DNA of 63,661 bases, filler included, from Octopus bimaculoides (GCF_001194135.2; 8 parts of 6 records of this genome joined end to end with filler, not necessarily neighbours in it), one strand, 5' to 3'; shown: positions 39,250 to 52,939, numbered from the whole stretch's first letter. Notes: generated from the letters alone by a model not told the origin. Numbers and translations: made by a program.

Positions 39250-39930
39250 TGCTTTTTAATTTACATCCATTGTCCATGCTGGCATAGGTGGAATGATTTG
39301 ACCACAGCTGGCAAGCTGGGGGAGCTGCACCAGACTCCAGTCTGCTTTGGCATGGTTTCTATGGATGGATGCTCTTCCTAATACCAACCACTTCACAGAG
39401 TGTGCTGGGTGCTTTTACATGGTACTGCATGGACACTTTTATATGCCACCACATAGGCATTTTTACATGACACCACATGGGCACTTTTATATGGCATCAC
39501 CATGAGTGCTTTACACCACCAGAGGGACCAGTCTTAACATTTCTGCTGTGGAGTACAAGTCTTCTTGAGTATAGCAAGGGACCAGGAATCTTAATCCTTT
39601 GTCGTCTTGCCTGAAAGGTTCAGCATCCTGAGGTCATTCTTCAATACTGCATCCCATGTCTTCCTGGATGTCCCACTTCCACATGTTCCATCTACTTTGA
39701 GAGATCAGCACTTCCTTATGGAGTTGTTGGCATCCATCCGCATCACATGGCCAAACCAGTACAGTCATCTCTTTTGCACATAGCAACCAATTCCTCTTAT
39801 GCCTAACTTCTCTCTCAAAACCCTAGCACTCTGTCAAACATGTACTCCTACATTACACATCCAATGGAGCATACTAGCGACATTCCTTTCTAAACTCTGC
39901 ATTCAGGTCCCATGTCTCACTACTGTGTAG
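39250..39930 (-). mobile_element. RTE-clade LINE, ORF C-terminus and 3' UTR
   Basis: Minus strand LERNVASMLHWMCNV...VLREKLGIRGI...LYWFGHVMRMD...RKTWDAVLKNDLRML. Confidence 0.85.
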
Positions 39931-41549
39931 AATTGCTGTCCATATACATGAATCATACAATTTTCCTTTCACTTGGAATATATAGACTTAAACATGTTAC
40001 AATGTATCCACTCCCATGTTCACACCCACATATACAAATATGCACTCACTGCTCATACCTGTTTATTTACTTGCAACCGCCTACATATACGCAAAAAACA
40101 AGTATACACGCCTATGAATAAACACAAAAACATTTTTTTATGGGTTTTTCTTGAAATCCAGCTTTATAGAAAAATTCAAGAGCATTTCAGAAACAAAAGC
40201 AAAAAAAAAAAAACACCCCCAAACACACAACAACAACAACATAAAAGACCATAAAAGGACACACAGTTCAAGGTAATTAATATTTATGCTGTAAGGAAAA
40301 ATCCTAGTAAGGAAAAATGCCAGCTTGAATGATTTCATTTCCTTGTCTAACTTCTAAATTCATTCAGTCTTGATTTGATATACAATCACAAAGCTTGGGA
40401 CTTATGCATGAAGTGGTATGAGATTGTACAACATTCATGTGTTTTTAAAGAGCTTTATCAATTAAGTGAAGTAAAATGGCTTCACCCCAAAATTAAATTT
40501 GGTTCGAGAATTCCCTAAGGGAACCTTACCACTCTTGCTACAGAATTCAAAACAAAAATCCATTTAATATTAATCCTTGCTATTATTTGTCAACTGGATA
40601 GTCTTAATCAAGTTGATATATGATAAAAGATTTTTGATGAGTGATCATTTTATACAATGCATGGTATGTTCTTGCATTGTAAAAATAGGGAATGGTTTGA
40701 GGTGAATTTGGCTGCTATAACTTCTAGGTTGAATAATAGCATACTTCCTCTTTAGCTAAAAGCTCAAGTTTCTCGTTGTTTTGATTTTGTCCGACATATG
40801 TGTACATTGCAGAGATACATAGATATATATACACACACACTCATGTGTGTGTGAGTATATATAGAGTGTTTGAAGTGATGTACAGATATTGTATATTAAG
40901 AAAAAGGAGGCAGTCAAAATTTTGAATAATTCTCTATTAGTGCTCTCATCCATTCATGAGGATTTTTCAAAATAAATTTTACAGAAGGTCTCTTGGTTTT
41001 TATACAAATGGAGAGGAAAAAGGAAGGAAGGGAGAAGGAGGAGGAGATGTGAAAAAGAAAAAAGGAAGGAAGGGAGAAGAGGAGGAGATGTGAAAGAGAA
41101 ACAAGAAAGAAGGGAGGAGAGGAGCAGATATATATTCTCGCTTTCTGCTTTCTTTCCTGTTCTCCCTGTCTCCCTCCCTCTCCCTCTAATACACTTAGCT
41201 CTCCACAAAATTATTCCATTTTTAATCTCCTTTCTGACAACACCTCAAATGTAGGATTTCTTCCCTGAAGACAGAGGCTCATACCATCCTGTAATGGAAT
41301 CAATTTACAATCGTTATTTTGAAACACTGAGCCCCCAGAAACAGCTGTTGGCTTTGTAACACTCTTCTTCACCTCCTTTAATTCTTCATATTTCTATTCT
41401 GTGTAAGTCTGACTTTTCGTGTGTAAACATATATACTTTTTTGTATTTAATGTACTTAATATCTTTTGTATATCAACCTGCCTAACTTGTTTATCCCTAC
41501 ATATGTATGTATGTATGTATGTATATATGTATGTATGTATGTATGTATA

Positions 41550-41705
41550 GGTGCATGCACGACTGTGTGGTTAAGAAGCTTGCTTCCCAACCATGTGGTC
41601 TTGGGTTCAGTCCCACTGCATAGCACCTCAGGCAAGTGTCTTCTACTGTAATCCTGGGCTGATGAGTGGATATAGTGGATGGAAACTGAAAGAAACCTAT
41701 TGTGT
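41550..41705 (+). mobile_element. SINE family B, 5' part
   Basis: gactgtgtggttaagaagcttgcttcccaacc head. Confidence 0.75.
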
Positions 41706-42094
41706 ATGCATATATATATATATATATTAATAAAGAACTCTGCATATTCTTGTGGCAGGGTCCTAGAAGGACTGGTGCATTAGTTCCTATCGCTATATTC
41801 CCAGCAAAATGTTCAGACCTATATATGTATATATATTTATATCCGAAACCTGTGGGGTGCGTACGTGTCAGTCCTGTTTGTGATGGAGGAATTTATATAA
41901 AAAAATATTTCGTGAGAATTGTTATAATAATGTCCAGACTTCTATAACCTGCAATGAGACACTCCGTTATTTTTCTGCTTATGGAGAAGTTAGAATCCTG
42001 CTGGTAATGGGTAAATTGATATAATACAATGTTTGCAAGTTGATGAGTACCACATATTCCCCTCCATTTTCTTATTGCTATATAAATTAAGGGT

Positions 42095-42477
42095 GGAGGC
42101 ATAATGGCCCAGTGGTTAGGGCAGCGGACTCACGGTCATAGGATTGCGGTTTCGATTCTCAGACCGGGCGTTGCGAGTGTTTATTGAGCGAAAACACCTA
42201 AAGCTCCACAAGGCTCCGGCAGGGGATGGTGGCGAACCCTGCTGTACTCTTTCACCACAACTTTCTCTCACTCTTACTTCCTGTTTTTGTTGTGCCTGTA
42301 ATTCAAAGGGTCAGCCTTGTCACACTGTGTCATGCTGAATATCCCCAAGAACTACGTTAAGGGTACACATGTCTGTGGAGTGCTCAGCCACTTGCACGTT
42401 AATTTCACGAGCAGGCTGTTCCGTTGATTGGATCAACTGGAACCCTCAACATCGTAAGCAACGGAGTGCCAACAACA
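42095..42477 (+). mobile_element. SINE family C, full length with TSD
   Basis: A box tggcccagtgg, B box gtttcgattctc; 13-bp TSD ataaattaagggt at 42082-42094 and 42478-42490. Confidence 0.92.
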
Positions 42478-43550
42478 ATAAATTAAGGGTAAAATTTCTA
42501 TTTATTGCACTTGATAAAAACACTAGTGTAATAATAATTGGATATCCTTCCGGCAGTATATTGGATAGATATTATCCCTTAGTGGGTTGGATTCACAACC
42601 CCTAACTTTCTTGGACTATATATATATATCATCACCATTGTTGTTTAATGTCCACCTTCCATGCTGGCGTAGGTAGGGAGAGAGAGAGAGAAAGAGAGAA
42701 GAGAAGAGAAGAGAAGAGAAGAGAAGAGAAGAGAAGAGAAGAGAAAAGAAAACAAAACATCTAGAGGAAATTGGTTTTGCATATCCAAAGTTACTATTTG
42801 ATCTTTGCACAATACTTTTAATGATTTCAATGGAAGATTAGTTCACTCAATTCTTAATTGTCACCAATATGGCTTCCAAATAGAGCTGGCTAAGAATTGA
42901 ACCAACATTTCTTTTGTTATATTCTCTGAAAATGCTGAAAACTTGATGACAGTTTTCAAAATGAATCTCGATTAATATGAAAAGACATTGTTTTGGCTTT
43001 TTTTGTTAATGATGTTCAATCTGATAACTAATCTTTCACAAGACAGAAAATTGTATATTCCCATCTTACCATAACACACTTAATGTTTTACTCAGGTACA
43101 ACCACTTTGTTATCAACTAATTTCTTTCTGTCTGCTATGATCAATAATACAACAATGATACAAGAGAGACAAGATTAGTATTTGTATTGTATTAGTTGGA
43201 TCTTCATCTGTAATTTTCTTACTTAGCTGAAATGTGAGAGCATTTGAGATTCTCACATACAAAAGGTATTTAAGATGAACTGAGTTTATTGTGAATATAA
43301 GAGAAAATATCTGTCTGTCTGACTAATTATCTAGCCATCTTTTTCCAGACACATAGATGTACACAGACATAAATGTATAGAAAAACATACTTATTTTATA
43401 AACTGTTGCAGTTCAACATGTGTAGAAAAGACATAAATGTGGTAGCAATGCCATTACACAAGCAGTGAAGGCATGTAGCTTAGTGGTTAGGGTATTTGGC
43501 TCATGATCATAAGGTTGTAAGTTCAATTCCTGGTGGCACTTTTTCCTTAA

Positions 43551-43770
43551 CTTTTTAGTATTCAGATTATTCTGTCGAATGTAATGCTTATCTATTTATG
43601 TAGTTTTGAATTTATCATCTATTATCTTCTAGCTTTGCTATTTCGATGATGTGATTGTTTATTTTAAGAATGACATTGCAAGGTAAGTGTGAGAGCTTTC
43701 ATCTGGCCAGTTTAAGCATAAGACAGGTAAAATATTTGGGCCTGATATGGCCAGTTTAAATACTATAGAG
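43551..43770. mobile_element. piggyBac-like MITE
   Basis: TTAA at 43547-43550 and 43771-43774; homologous to 27290-27475. Confidence 0.75.
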
Positions 43771-43794
43771 TTAAGCAAAACAATTTATTTCATA

Positions 43795-44234
43795 CATTAT
43801 TTACATTCAACAGATATTTGCCCTCATCTTTGTTGTTAACACAACGTTTCGGCTGATATACTCTCCAGCCTTCTTCAGGTGTCTTGGGGAAATTTCGAAC
43901 CTGGGTTCTCATTCCTAAGGTATTTTTAGATGTTATTATTATTATAATTATTATTATTATTATTGTTGTTGTTGTTGTTATTGTTCAGGTCACTNNNNNN
44001 NNNNAAGGTATTTTTAGATGTTATTATTATTATAATTATTATTATTATTATTGTTGTTGTTGTTGTTATTGTTCAGGTCACTGCTTGGAATCGAACTCGG
44101 AATCTTGGGGTTAGTAGCCCACGCTCTTAACCACTACGCCATATGCCCGTGGGCATATGGCGTAGTGGTTAACAGCATAGTAAATAATGTAAATAATGTA
44201 CATAATACCTCATCTCTTAAATATAGAACTGTAC
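43795..44234. mobile_element. Head-to-head twin tRNA-head / hammerhead element, copy 2 (right arm internally deleted)
   Basis: Junction ctacgccatatgccc-gt-gggcatatggcgtag at 44146-44154; 11-bp TSD tttatttcata at 43784-43794 and 44235-44245. Confidence 0.82.
43838..43883 (-). ncRNA. Minimal type I hammerhead ribozyme motif, core intact
   Basis: Minus strand GACAC-CTGAAGA-A-GGCTG(gagagtatat)CAGCC-GAAA-CGTT-GTGTT: CUGANGA, stem II, GAAA, palindromic AACGUU stem III, GUU triplet, stem I GACAC/GUGUU. Confidence 0.7.
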
Positions 44235-44555
44235 TTTATTTCATATTGCTCCAATCCATTCAGCTGACAAAAATGAGTAGTATCTATGTTTCATATCCAT
44301 CTTTGTTATATTCTGCATCGCACTGAGTCTTTGGAGAACTACGTTAAGGGTATACGTGTCTGTGGAATGCTCAGCCACTTGCATGTTAATTTCATGAGCA
44401 GGCTGTTTAATTGGATCAAGTGTAGCATATATCATCATAACTGATGGAGTCCCAGTTACAAGTGATGTCTTCCATGGAAACTATGAGGAAATATTAACCT
44501 TACTTAGAAACAGATGAGGACTGGTGACAAGAAGGACATCTGGCCATAGTGCATT

Positions 44556-44589
<34 letters not shown>

Positions 44590-46901
44590 GATGGGGGTGT
44601 GTGTGTGCAATGATGAAAGGTTTTCTGTCTTTGCTTATCACTGCATGATTATAGCCAAAGAGGGAACATGTGAATCTACCAACCAAAGGATTACAGTTTC
44701 AATCTTAGCTGGGTCTCATCAGTTTAAGTGTGATTAGAACCATTGATATTTTTCTCAGTTAGGCTGTTTATATATTCTATACATTGGTGAATATTCAGAG
44801 TATTTTTCTTAATTGCTGAGTCTGGTTGAAGGTGCAGAATCCATGACCCTAGCAAACTCTCTGAAATTCTGAGACTGATATCATTAATGTTCTGTTTACA
44901 CAGTTGTAGGTCAACACCAGCAGGAAACACATGAATAGGAAAGAAATTTCAGAGGACCCTGTCTTCACATTGTGTAATAATATCATCATTCAAGTAGGTT
45001 CCTTCATTCCAATCTTATGTCAAGCCATAAGGAAATGTTACCCTGCTTGGAAACAAGCAAAGTTTGGCAAGAGAGAGGATATCCAATAATGGGAAACCTG
45101 CCTCAATAAATTCCGTCTGACTGGTGAAAGCATGGAAAAGTGGACATTAAGATGATGATGATGATGACAATGATGATGACAACGATGACGACAATGACGA
45201 TGATGGTAATGATATGTCTCTGTATAAATGCAAACGTGTGTGAAGAAGGTCAGAGGAAACTTGGTATTAAGTTATGAATGTGAAAAGAGATCAAGAAGTA
45301 TTTCAAGTAGGTTTAAAGTGAATCAATATCCTGACTGTTTACCAGTCTGAGAGAAACTTATCTGGAAGTATTGGATACGTTCTGGTTACCTAGGTAATTG
45401 ATTAACTTTGGCCTAAGCTAATAGCATTGCAGTAGTAAATTGCTTAGTTGTTTAACCCTGGGACAGCCCATGAATGAGCAGGGTGATGATCAAAGATGTT
45501 CTGAGCATAACACTCACATTAGTTTAATTTTTTTCTGTGCATTGTGTATCCAAGATTACATTATCCAATGTAACAATATTTTTTGCAAGGTGGTAGGGAG
45601 TCATTTGAAAACAGTTTAACTGCTATTTATAGCAAAAGTGGTTTGAAGAAATTCAGCCTTTATTTTGTTTCTGTTGAGGAAGAAGGAAATTGTGTCTCTG
45701 TCCCCAAAGTCAACACGATTTAGAGTTATTGGGAAGAGGCTGTGCCAATGTCTTTTGAAGGGATTCTTTGAGACTGGTGAGACTGATCTGGTAGATATTC
45801 TGTGGAGGAATAATGATTAGGGGACAGGTGTTAGTCTAGGGCCTGGGGAGAAGGGGAAAGAAGAGGAGATTCAGTATTGATGAGAGGAGGAAAAATGGAT
45901 AAGTTGAGTAGGCTTATGAGGAAATCATTTGTTACTAATTAGCTTTGAGAAGAAGAGGCTGTTTCCTCACAAGATCTAATCCTTGTTGTGAAGTGGTGAC
46001 TTGCATGCCTCAATGACTTTGAGAGCTATGCCATCAGAACACACACTTCTTGTAGGTCCTCTCATTCTGGATAGATCAAAGACAAGAGGCCAGACTAAAA
46101 ATATGGACCACTGCTTCCCTGAGGTAAATATGGATTTGCATAGGGCTAACACTTTTGCCTAGAAAATAAATAACAAAAATATATATTACAGAAGCATTGA
46201 AGACAATTCAAAACCAACAAAACTTAAGAGATGAAAGCCTTTTCTTAAGGAACCGTATGACATAATACATCAAAATCTAAAAGGACAATGCAAGTAAAAA
46301 GCAGAGATCTAGTTGGAGGTAAGCAAAAAAGAGAGCTCAAAGTTGAGAATAGTGGAGGATTGGTTATTGGCTATAAATTGAAAATATAAAAAAAAAAAAA
46401 AAATATTTGTAAGGATAAAATTTTTCAAAAAACAATAATCTAATTTAAATAAGTTTCTCTCAGACTGAGAGATATTGTATGTGGTTAGATGATCTAAAGT
46501 CTATTCTTCAGCATATTGGCATAGAAAATTTTTTTCTTTTCCCTTTATCTATAATAATATGTATTTGTAAAAGAATTAAATGAGCCAAAAATAGCCACTA
46601 ACTACAACTTCCTTAAACTAAACAGGATAGAAAGAGAGTGTATACAGGACCTAAATTTTAAAATATTTAAGCAATAAATGCACAAGATAGCATGAAAAAG
46701 TATTTTGGATGCAGTTAGAAAATACATTGAAGAGAATATATGTATGTATATATGTGTGTGTGTGTGTCTGTGTGCACGTACGTGTGCATGTGTATGTATG
46801 CATGTATATGTGTGCATATACACACACACACACACACACATATTCATATATACATACATATACACACACATATATACATATACATATATATACATATACA
46901 T

Positions 46902-46968
<67 letters not shown>

Positions 46969-47876
46969 TGTGTGTGTGTATGTCTGTATATATATATATA
47001 TATATCAGCTTGGTTTTAGTGCTGCTGGGAACATGTAACCCAGTACAACATGTTGCATGTTTAAGCTGTTGGTGACTAAACTGACAACCCTACCAAGCCT
47101 GCTTGGTAAAGGAGGTGATTTTCTTTGGTTACTCTGCAAACCAAAAAAACAAATAAATAACCCCACTTCCAAAGGACTAATAAACTCAGCAGAGTCAATG
47201 GTGATCCAACAACTGTGACTGAAAGACTCCTAATCTTTGTTCAGATACTCCTTTACTAGAAGGGAAACTCTGATATAAATACCAACTACTTTTTTTTGCA
47301 CTCAATGTTGTATACTAGTTTCTTGTTTTTTGGACAAATACATACATTGTTTAGAGATTAGGATTGGCTCTGTACAAAACCTTTTCTCACTTTAAAAAGC
47401 TTCAAGCATTGGCATGTTTTGATTTTTATTATGTCTATTATGTGTTGTGTAATTGAAAAAGGCAAAGCACTCAATGGAAAATTCCAGGATGAGATGAAGC
47501 TCTTTGAATACCTGCTGCAAGAGGCACCCGTCATTTCTACATCTTTGCAGAAAAGTGTTGGCTTCTAGCAGGATTGAAAAACCACATCTGTTCACCTCAT
47601 AGTTAGGAGAACAACAAGTAATGGCATTCCTCAAAATCAAGTTGCAGCCACCATATACATGTATGCATGTATGCATGCAGGCATGTATGTATGTATATAT
47701 GTATGTACACATGTGTGTATGTATGTACGTATGTATGTATGTACGTATGTACACATGTATGTATGTATGTCTGTATGTGTGTATGTCTGTATGTATGTTA
47801 TGTATATATGGTATGTGTGTATCTGTCTGTCTGTCTGCCTATGTATGTATGTATGTATCTATCCTTCTATCAGTAC

Positions 47877-47939
<63 letters not shown>

Positions 47940-48702
47940 CGTGTATGTATGTATGTATGTATGTATGTATATATATATATATGTGTGTGTGGGTGTGTTC
48001 ATACACACACACACACATAATTGTAGGCAAACATATATAGATACCACTTACATATATATATATATATATACATATACGAACACATTCCATCGCTAGAGTA
48101 CTAGGTTACTTTTCAAGTGACAGTAATATGCACACTAAATACATCATATTAATATATCAAGTCACTCAAAACCACTTAAATAAAACATTTATACAAAAAC
48201 AGAAACTGGACTTCAAGAAATGGTATACACAAAAGTCAAGTTCTTTTATGCAATGCACATAAATACACTAACACATCACATAAACATGCACACACACATG
48301 CACACACACATATGCATGCATGCATTCATGCACTTTGCCATTTTCTTTTGCATAGAGATTGGAGCATTTATAAACCTCATTGCAACAAAATCAAACTATT
48401 TTCTCCAGCAATAAAATGAAACAGCCATAGAAAATATGCAGACTTTTTGACAGGTGATGTTTTTGCCTTTTTTTTAGATGTAGTTCAATCAATAACTAAA
48501 TGAAAACAAACAGGTAAACATTGAAAAAAGAAACTAACAAACAATGCAAATAAACCAATAATGACATCAGGGACACAAATTAAATATTGAATATCAATCA
48601 AATTGGCAAACACAAATTACACCTAAAAAATGAAGCAGTGTTAATATTTCAAAATTTTAGACATCATAAATATTGTTTAAATTCACTTTGATATTCATCT
48701 CC

Positions 48703-49012
48703 ATCAGTATATCATCATCCTCATCATCATCACCCTCATCATCATCATCATCATCATCTTCATCATCATCATCATCACCACCACCATCATCATCGTCGTC
48801 ATCATCATCATCATCACCACCACCATCATCATCGTCGTCATCATCATCATCCTTGTCGTCATCATCATCATCGTCATCATCATCATCATTGTCGTTGTCA
48901 TCATAATCATCATCACCACCATCATCATCGTCGTCATCATCATCATCGTCGTCTTCATCATCATCGTCATCGTTATCATCATCATCATCTTTGTCATCGT
49001 CATCATCATTGT
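48703..49012. repeat. Compound (CAT/CGT/CAC)n trinucleotide tract
   Basis: Directly visible. Confidence 0.95.
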
Positions 49013-49950
49013 TTTAATGTCTGCATTCTCATGCTAGCATGAGTCTGATGGAATTTGTTGAGGTGGATTTTCTATGGCTGTGTGCCCTTCCTGTCACTAA
49101 CCCTCATCTGTTTCTAAGTAAGGTTAAGGTAACGTCTCCTTTTAACCAGACATGTTTCCATGGGAAATTTTAAATGAAGGATACTTTTTTACACACAAAG
49201 TCAGGTGGCAGAGAAGATGCATGTGTATGTGTGTGAGAGAGAGAGAGAGAGAGAGAAAGATCAATTTGGTACCAAAGGAAAACAATAATTTCACAAATAG
49301 AACAATGATTCCACATATTCATCATCATCATTGTCATTGTGATTGACATTATCATCACCAGCATTATCATTGCTACTATCCTCCTCCTCCTCCTCCTCTT
49401 CCACTACTAGCACCCTCACCACCACCACTATCATCCCCTCCACCACCATAATATTACCATTACCATCATCCTCACCAGCATCATTATCACCTTCATCATC
49501 ACCATCATTGTCATCATTATCATCACCACTAGCACCTTCACTGCCGCCTCTACCATAATTGTCATTATCATTGTCATTATCATCATCATTTATATTAAAA
49601 GCTAAGTTTGTGCTTAACTGTCATTTATACAATGAATGAAGTACTGCACTATGTAAGACAATAGACAAAGATACATGTCTCTTCACAGAGTATTTTGCTG
49701 ATGAGAGTGATAGGTTAAGCAAATGAGACTGTTTCAGCAGTAGCTGCTCTGTAGAAAATTCTAGATATTTATATCTAATTCACAAGAGAAAAGAAATCAA
49801 GTTCATATTTTGTATCTGTTATCTGTTACAAGGAAAGAAGTTATATGGCAAACATCCAGTCAGTGGGATTGTTATTTGATGTGCCTTAGTTATAGAATTT
49901 CTGTAGATCTATGTATGTATGTATGTATCTATCTATCATATATATGTGTG

Positions 49951-50005
<55 letters not shown>

Positions 50006-50219
50006 TGCACCATTTTGAGCGTGGCCGTTGCCAGTACCGCCTGACTGGCTCCTGTAGGATTTTCGAGCGAGATCGTTGCCAGTGCCCCTGGACTGGCTTG
50101 TGCGGGTGGCTCATAAAAGNNNNNNNNNNNNNNNNNNNNNNNNNNNNNNNNNNNNNNNNNNNNTTAATTAATTAANNNNNNNNNNNNNNNNNNNNNNNNN
50201 NNNNNNNNNNNNNNNNNNN

Positions 50220-50280
<61 letters not shown>

Positions 50281-50324
50281 TGAGGTTGCATGACTTAGGG
50301 GTTAGGATGTTGTACTCACAATCT

Positions 50325-51780
50325 AGCAATGGAGGCCTATGACAGCAATGATATATGTGACTTCATTGGGTTGTATATCCTTGATACCCTTAAAAAAAGT
50401 TTCCCTTGTCCTCTTTGGTCTCTATAGAGATGACACTCGGGCCATCTCTAGAGGAGCAAATGAGCACACCCTAGACAGGCTTAGGAAAGGTCTAATTAAC
50501 ACACTTGGCTCCAGAGGACTGAAAATTACCAACAAGACCAATCTCACCACTATGAAATTGTTAGATGTCACGCTTGACTAGGGATCCAGTACATACAGGC
50601 CCTACTGCAAGCCAAATGTGAAGCTAACATACATCAACCCAGCCTCCTGTCATGCACCTATTGTGTTCAAAACCTGGTGAAGGGTGTTAGCAAAAGGATT
50701 ATGAGCCTTTCCTCCAGACAGATTTTTAATGCAACAAACCCCTGCTATAATGAGGCTCTAGATGCTAGCAGATTTAGTGACTACACCTCCTACAAGCAGG
50801 GCCCCAACGTCAATAGAAAGAAGCATTGCAGAAATAGCATTTGGTTTGCCCCACCCCTCATAACGTCTATAAGTAGGATATTTCTTAAGTTAATAGATAA
50901 ACATTTCACACATTCACATAGGTATGGACACATTTTCAACAGGCACAACCTTAGGGTTTCTTTTAGCTATGCTCCCAATATTAAGAGCATTCAAGTTAAC
51001 ACCTTTAGACCACAAGCAGAGGCAGGATGCTTGTGTAGGGACCAAAAAAGATGCCCAATGAGAGGCCACTACAAAACTGAGAAAGTTGTCTTTGAAGCTA
51101 AGGTACTGGCTCCCCTTAATAGCTGCAGCAACATCAGCAGCTTCTCCCAACGGCTACTACAGTAGCAGGGTCGATAGTACCAATAGTACCAATACTAGCA
51201 GCAGAGACATGAACAGAACCAGCAACAACAACAACTTCAGTGACAGCAAAGGCAGTATCCCTAATGGAAAAAGCAGTAGAGCCATCACCAGTGATATCTA
51301 TAACAGCACAGTGCCTCCATCAGTGACAATGGCCATAACAACAACAACACCATTACCAACACCGTTAGTAATGACACAAACATCATCACCATCTCCAATG
51401 ACACTAACACCAGCAGTGCCAGTACCAACAACAGCGGTAGCAGCAATGCCAACACCCAAACATGGAGATACATCAGTTGCTCCAGTAACATATTCAAGCA
51501 ACACACAGATCCTCCTTCAGGAGACCAGAAAGGAAAATATGTTGCATCATTAACCAGCCATATATGGCAGCTGAAAAATGATGAAATTCCACATACAGTA
51601 TCACAGAGAATCCTAGAAATCCAGGCCCCTACATAAATGGGTCCAAACATTGTAAACTGTACATAGCAGAATGGGCAAGGACACTAAGGGATTCCCTCAA
51701 CTCAGGGAACATACTTAACTCCAGAACAAAGGTCTTCAAACCGTATTTGCATTTCAGGAAATTCTTGCTGGCCCATTGGA
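50325..51780 (+). mobile_element. Penelope-like element, decayed RT plus GIY-YIG endonuclease
   Basis: FGLYRDD, LLDVTLD, TYRPYCKPN..LTYINPASCH, WFAPP, LIDKHF..HRYGHIFNRHNLRVSFS, EKVVFEAKV, SLTSHIWQLKNDEI; stops and frameshifts. Confidence 0.85.
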
Positions 51781-52039
51781 ATCTACAAGGTAACAGGATC
51801 ATTAATGATCGATAGCCAAAGGGAAACAGTCCTCTGTTGTTGACATTGATTAGTGAGGTTTTTTCCTCTTCCATTTTCTAGAGAGGTCATAAGCTAACAG
51901 GTTTGGGATCTGGTGATATGCCATAAAGCTGAGCGCTTTATGGACATGAAACCCAGAGTAATCCCCAAAACAGGCCTTATCTAACTTTATTTATATATAG
52001 ACATATATATATACTCCTTATCTGATTTTATTTATATAA

Positions 52040-52258
52040 CAGTTGAGGGAACCCGTGGAAGAGGTAGGCCCAGGAAGACCTGGGCTGAGGTGGTGAAGCA
52101 AGACCTCCGTACATTGGGCCTCACCGAGGCGATGACTACTGACCGAGACCTTTGGAAATGTGCTGTGCGTGAGAAGACCCGGCAAGCCAAGTAAGATCGT
52201 TGCCAGTGCCCCTGGACTGGCTCTTGTGCGGGTGGCACATAAGATGCACCATTTTGAG
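52040..52258 (+). mobile_element. Young RTE LINE C-terminus and start of 3' UTR
   Basis: VEGTRGRGRPRKTWAEVVKQDLRTLGLTEAMTTDRDLWKCAVREKTRQAK*; CpGs retained. Confidence 0.85.
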
Positions 52259-52338
52259 NNNNNNNNNNNNNNNNNNNNNNNNNNNNNNNNNNNNNNNNNN
52301 NNTTAATTAATTAANNNNNNNNNNNNNNNNNNNNNNNN

Positions 52339-52908
52339 NNNNNNNNNNNNNNNNNNNNAAATAACACTAACAAATACTAACAGACATAACTCAACCCGTA
52401 TATTTTGGAGAAGAGTTTTAATACATATCTTATTACATGATATAAAGAAACCTTAATCAATATATTCCTACATGATATAAAACATCAATGCGTCTATATT
52501 CACAATTCATAAGAATACCGTTCATACGACTGTTAGCTACATCAACTAAAAGTAAAATCTACACTGATTTACGTTCGCTGTTGTACAGGAATTGTGTTTT
52601 ATACCACAGTAACATGTTCACAAACAATTATGCATGAAGTACTAACCGCTTCCATATCCTGAAAATCTTTTGAATATCGTTTTCAGATTTTTGCACAAGG
52701 CCAGCAATTTCGGGGGAAGGTGTAAGTCGATTGCATTGAACTCAGTACTCAACTGGTACTTATTTTATCGATCTCGACAGGATGAAAGGCGAAGTCGAAA
52801 AATGGCGGAATTGCGACTTGGAATATAAAGATGGACTAAATGCCGCCAAGCATTTTGCCCGGCGTTCTAACGCTTCTGCCAGCTCGCAGCCTTTGTGGGG
52901 GGTTTAAT

Positions 52909-52939
<31 letters not shown>

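Larger units (their letters stand above)
43467..44455 (+). mobile_element. SINE family C (variant head) split by two nested insertions
   Basis: Head 43467-43550, stub 43775-43794, body 44235-44455; rejoined pieces are colinear with 6835-7130. Confidence 0.75.

Noticed and set aside
43917-44080. Direct duplication of ~75 bp across a 10-N gap; likewise ~33049 versus ~34049
   Set aside because: The copies differ only in microsatellite length; probably allelic or overlap artefacts at contig ends
47392-47754. 120-aa ORF or possible mariner-like remnant
   Set aside because: Partly microsatellite; no second TIR or transposase motif identified
51790-51840. Possible hammerhead at the Penelope 3' end (ttaatga...gaaacagtc)
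   Set aside because: Core has two changes, there is no convincing stem I or II, and it does not match the twin-element tail
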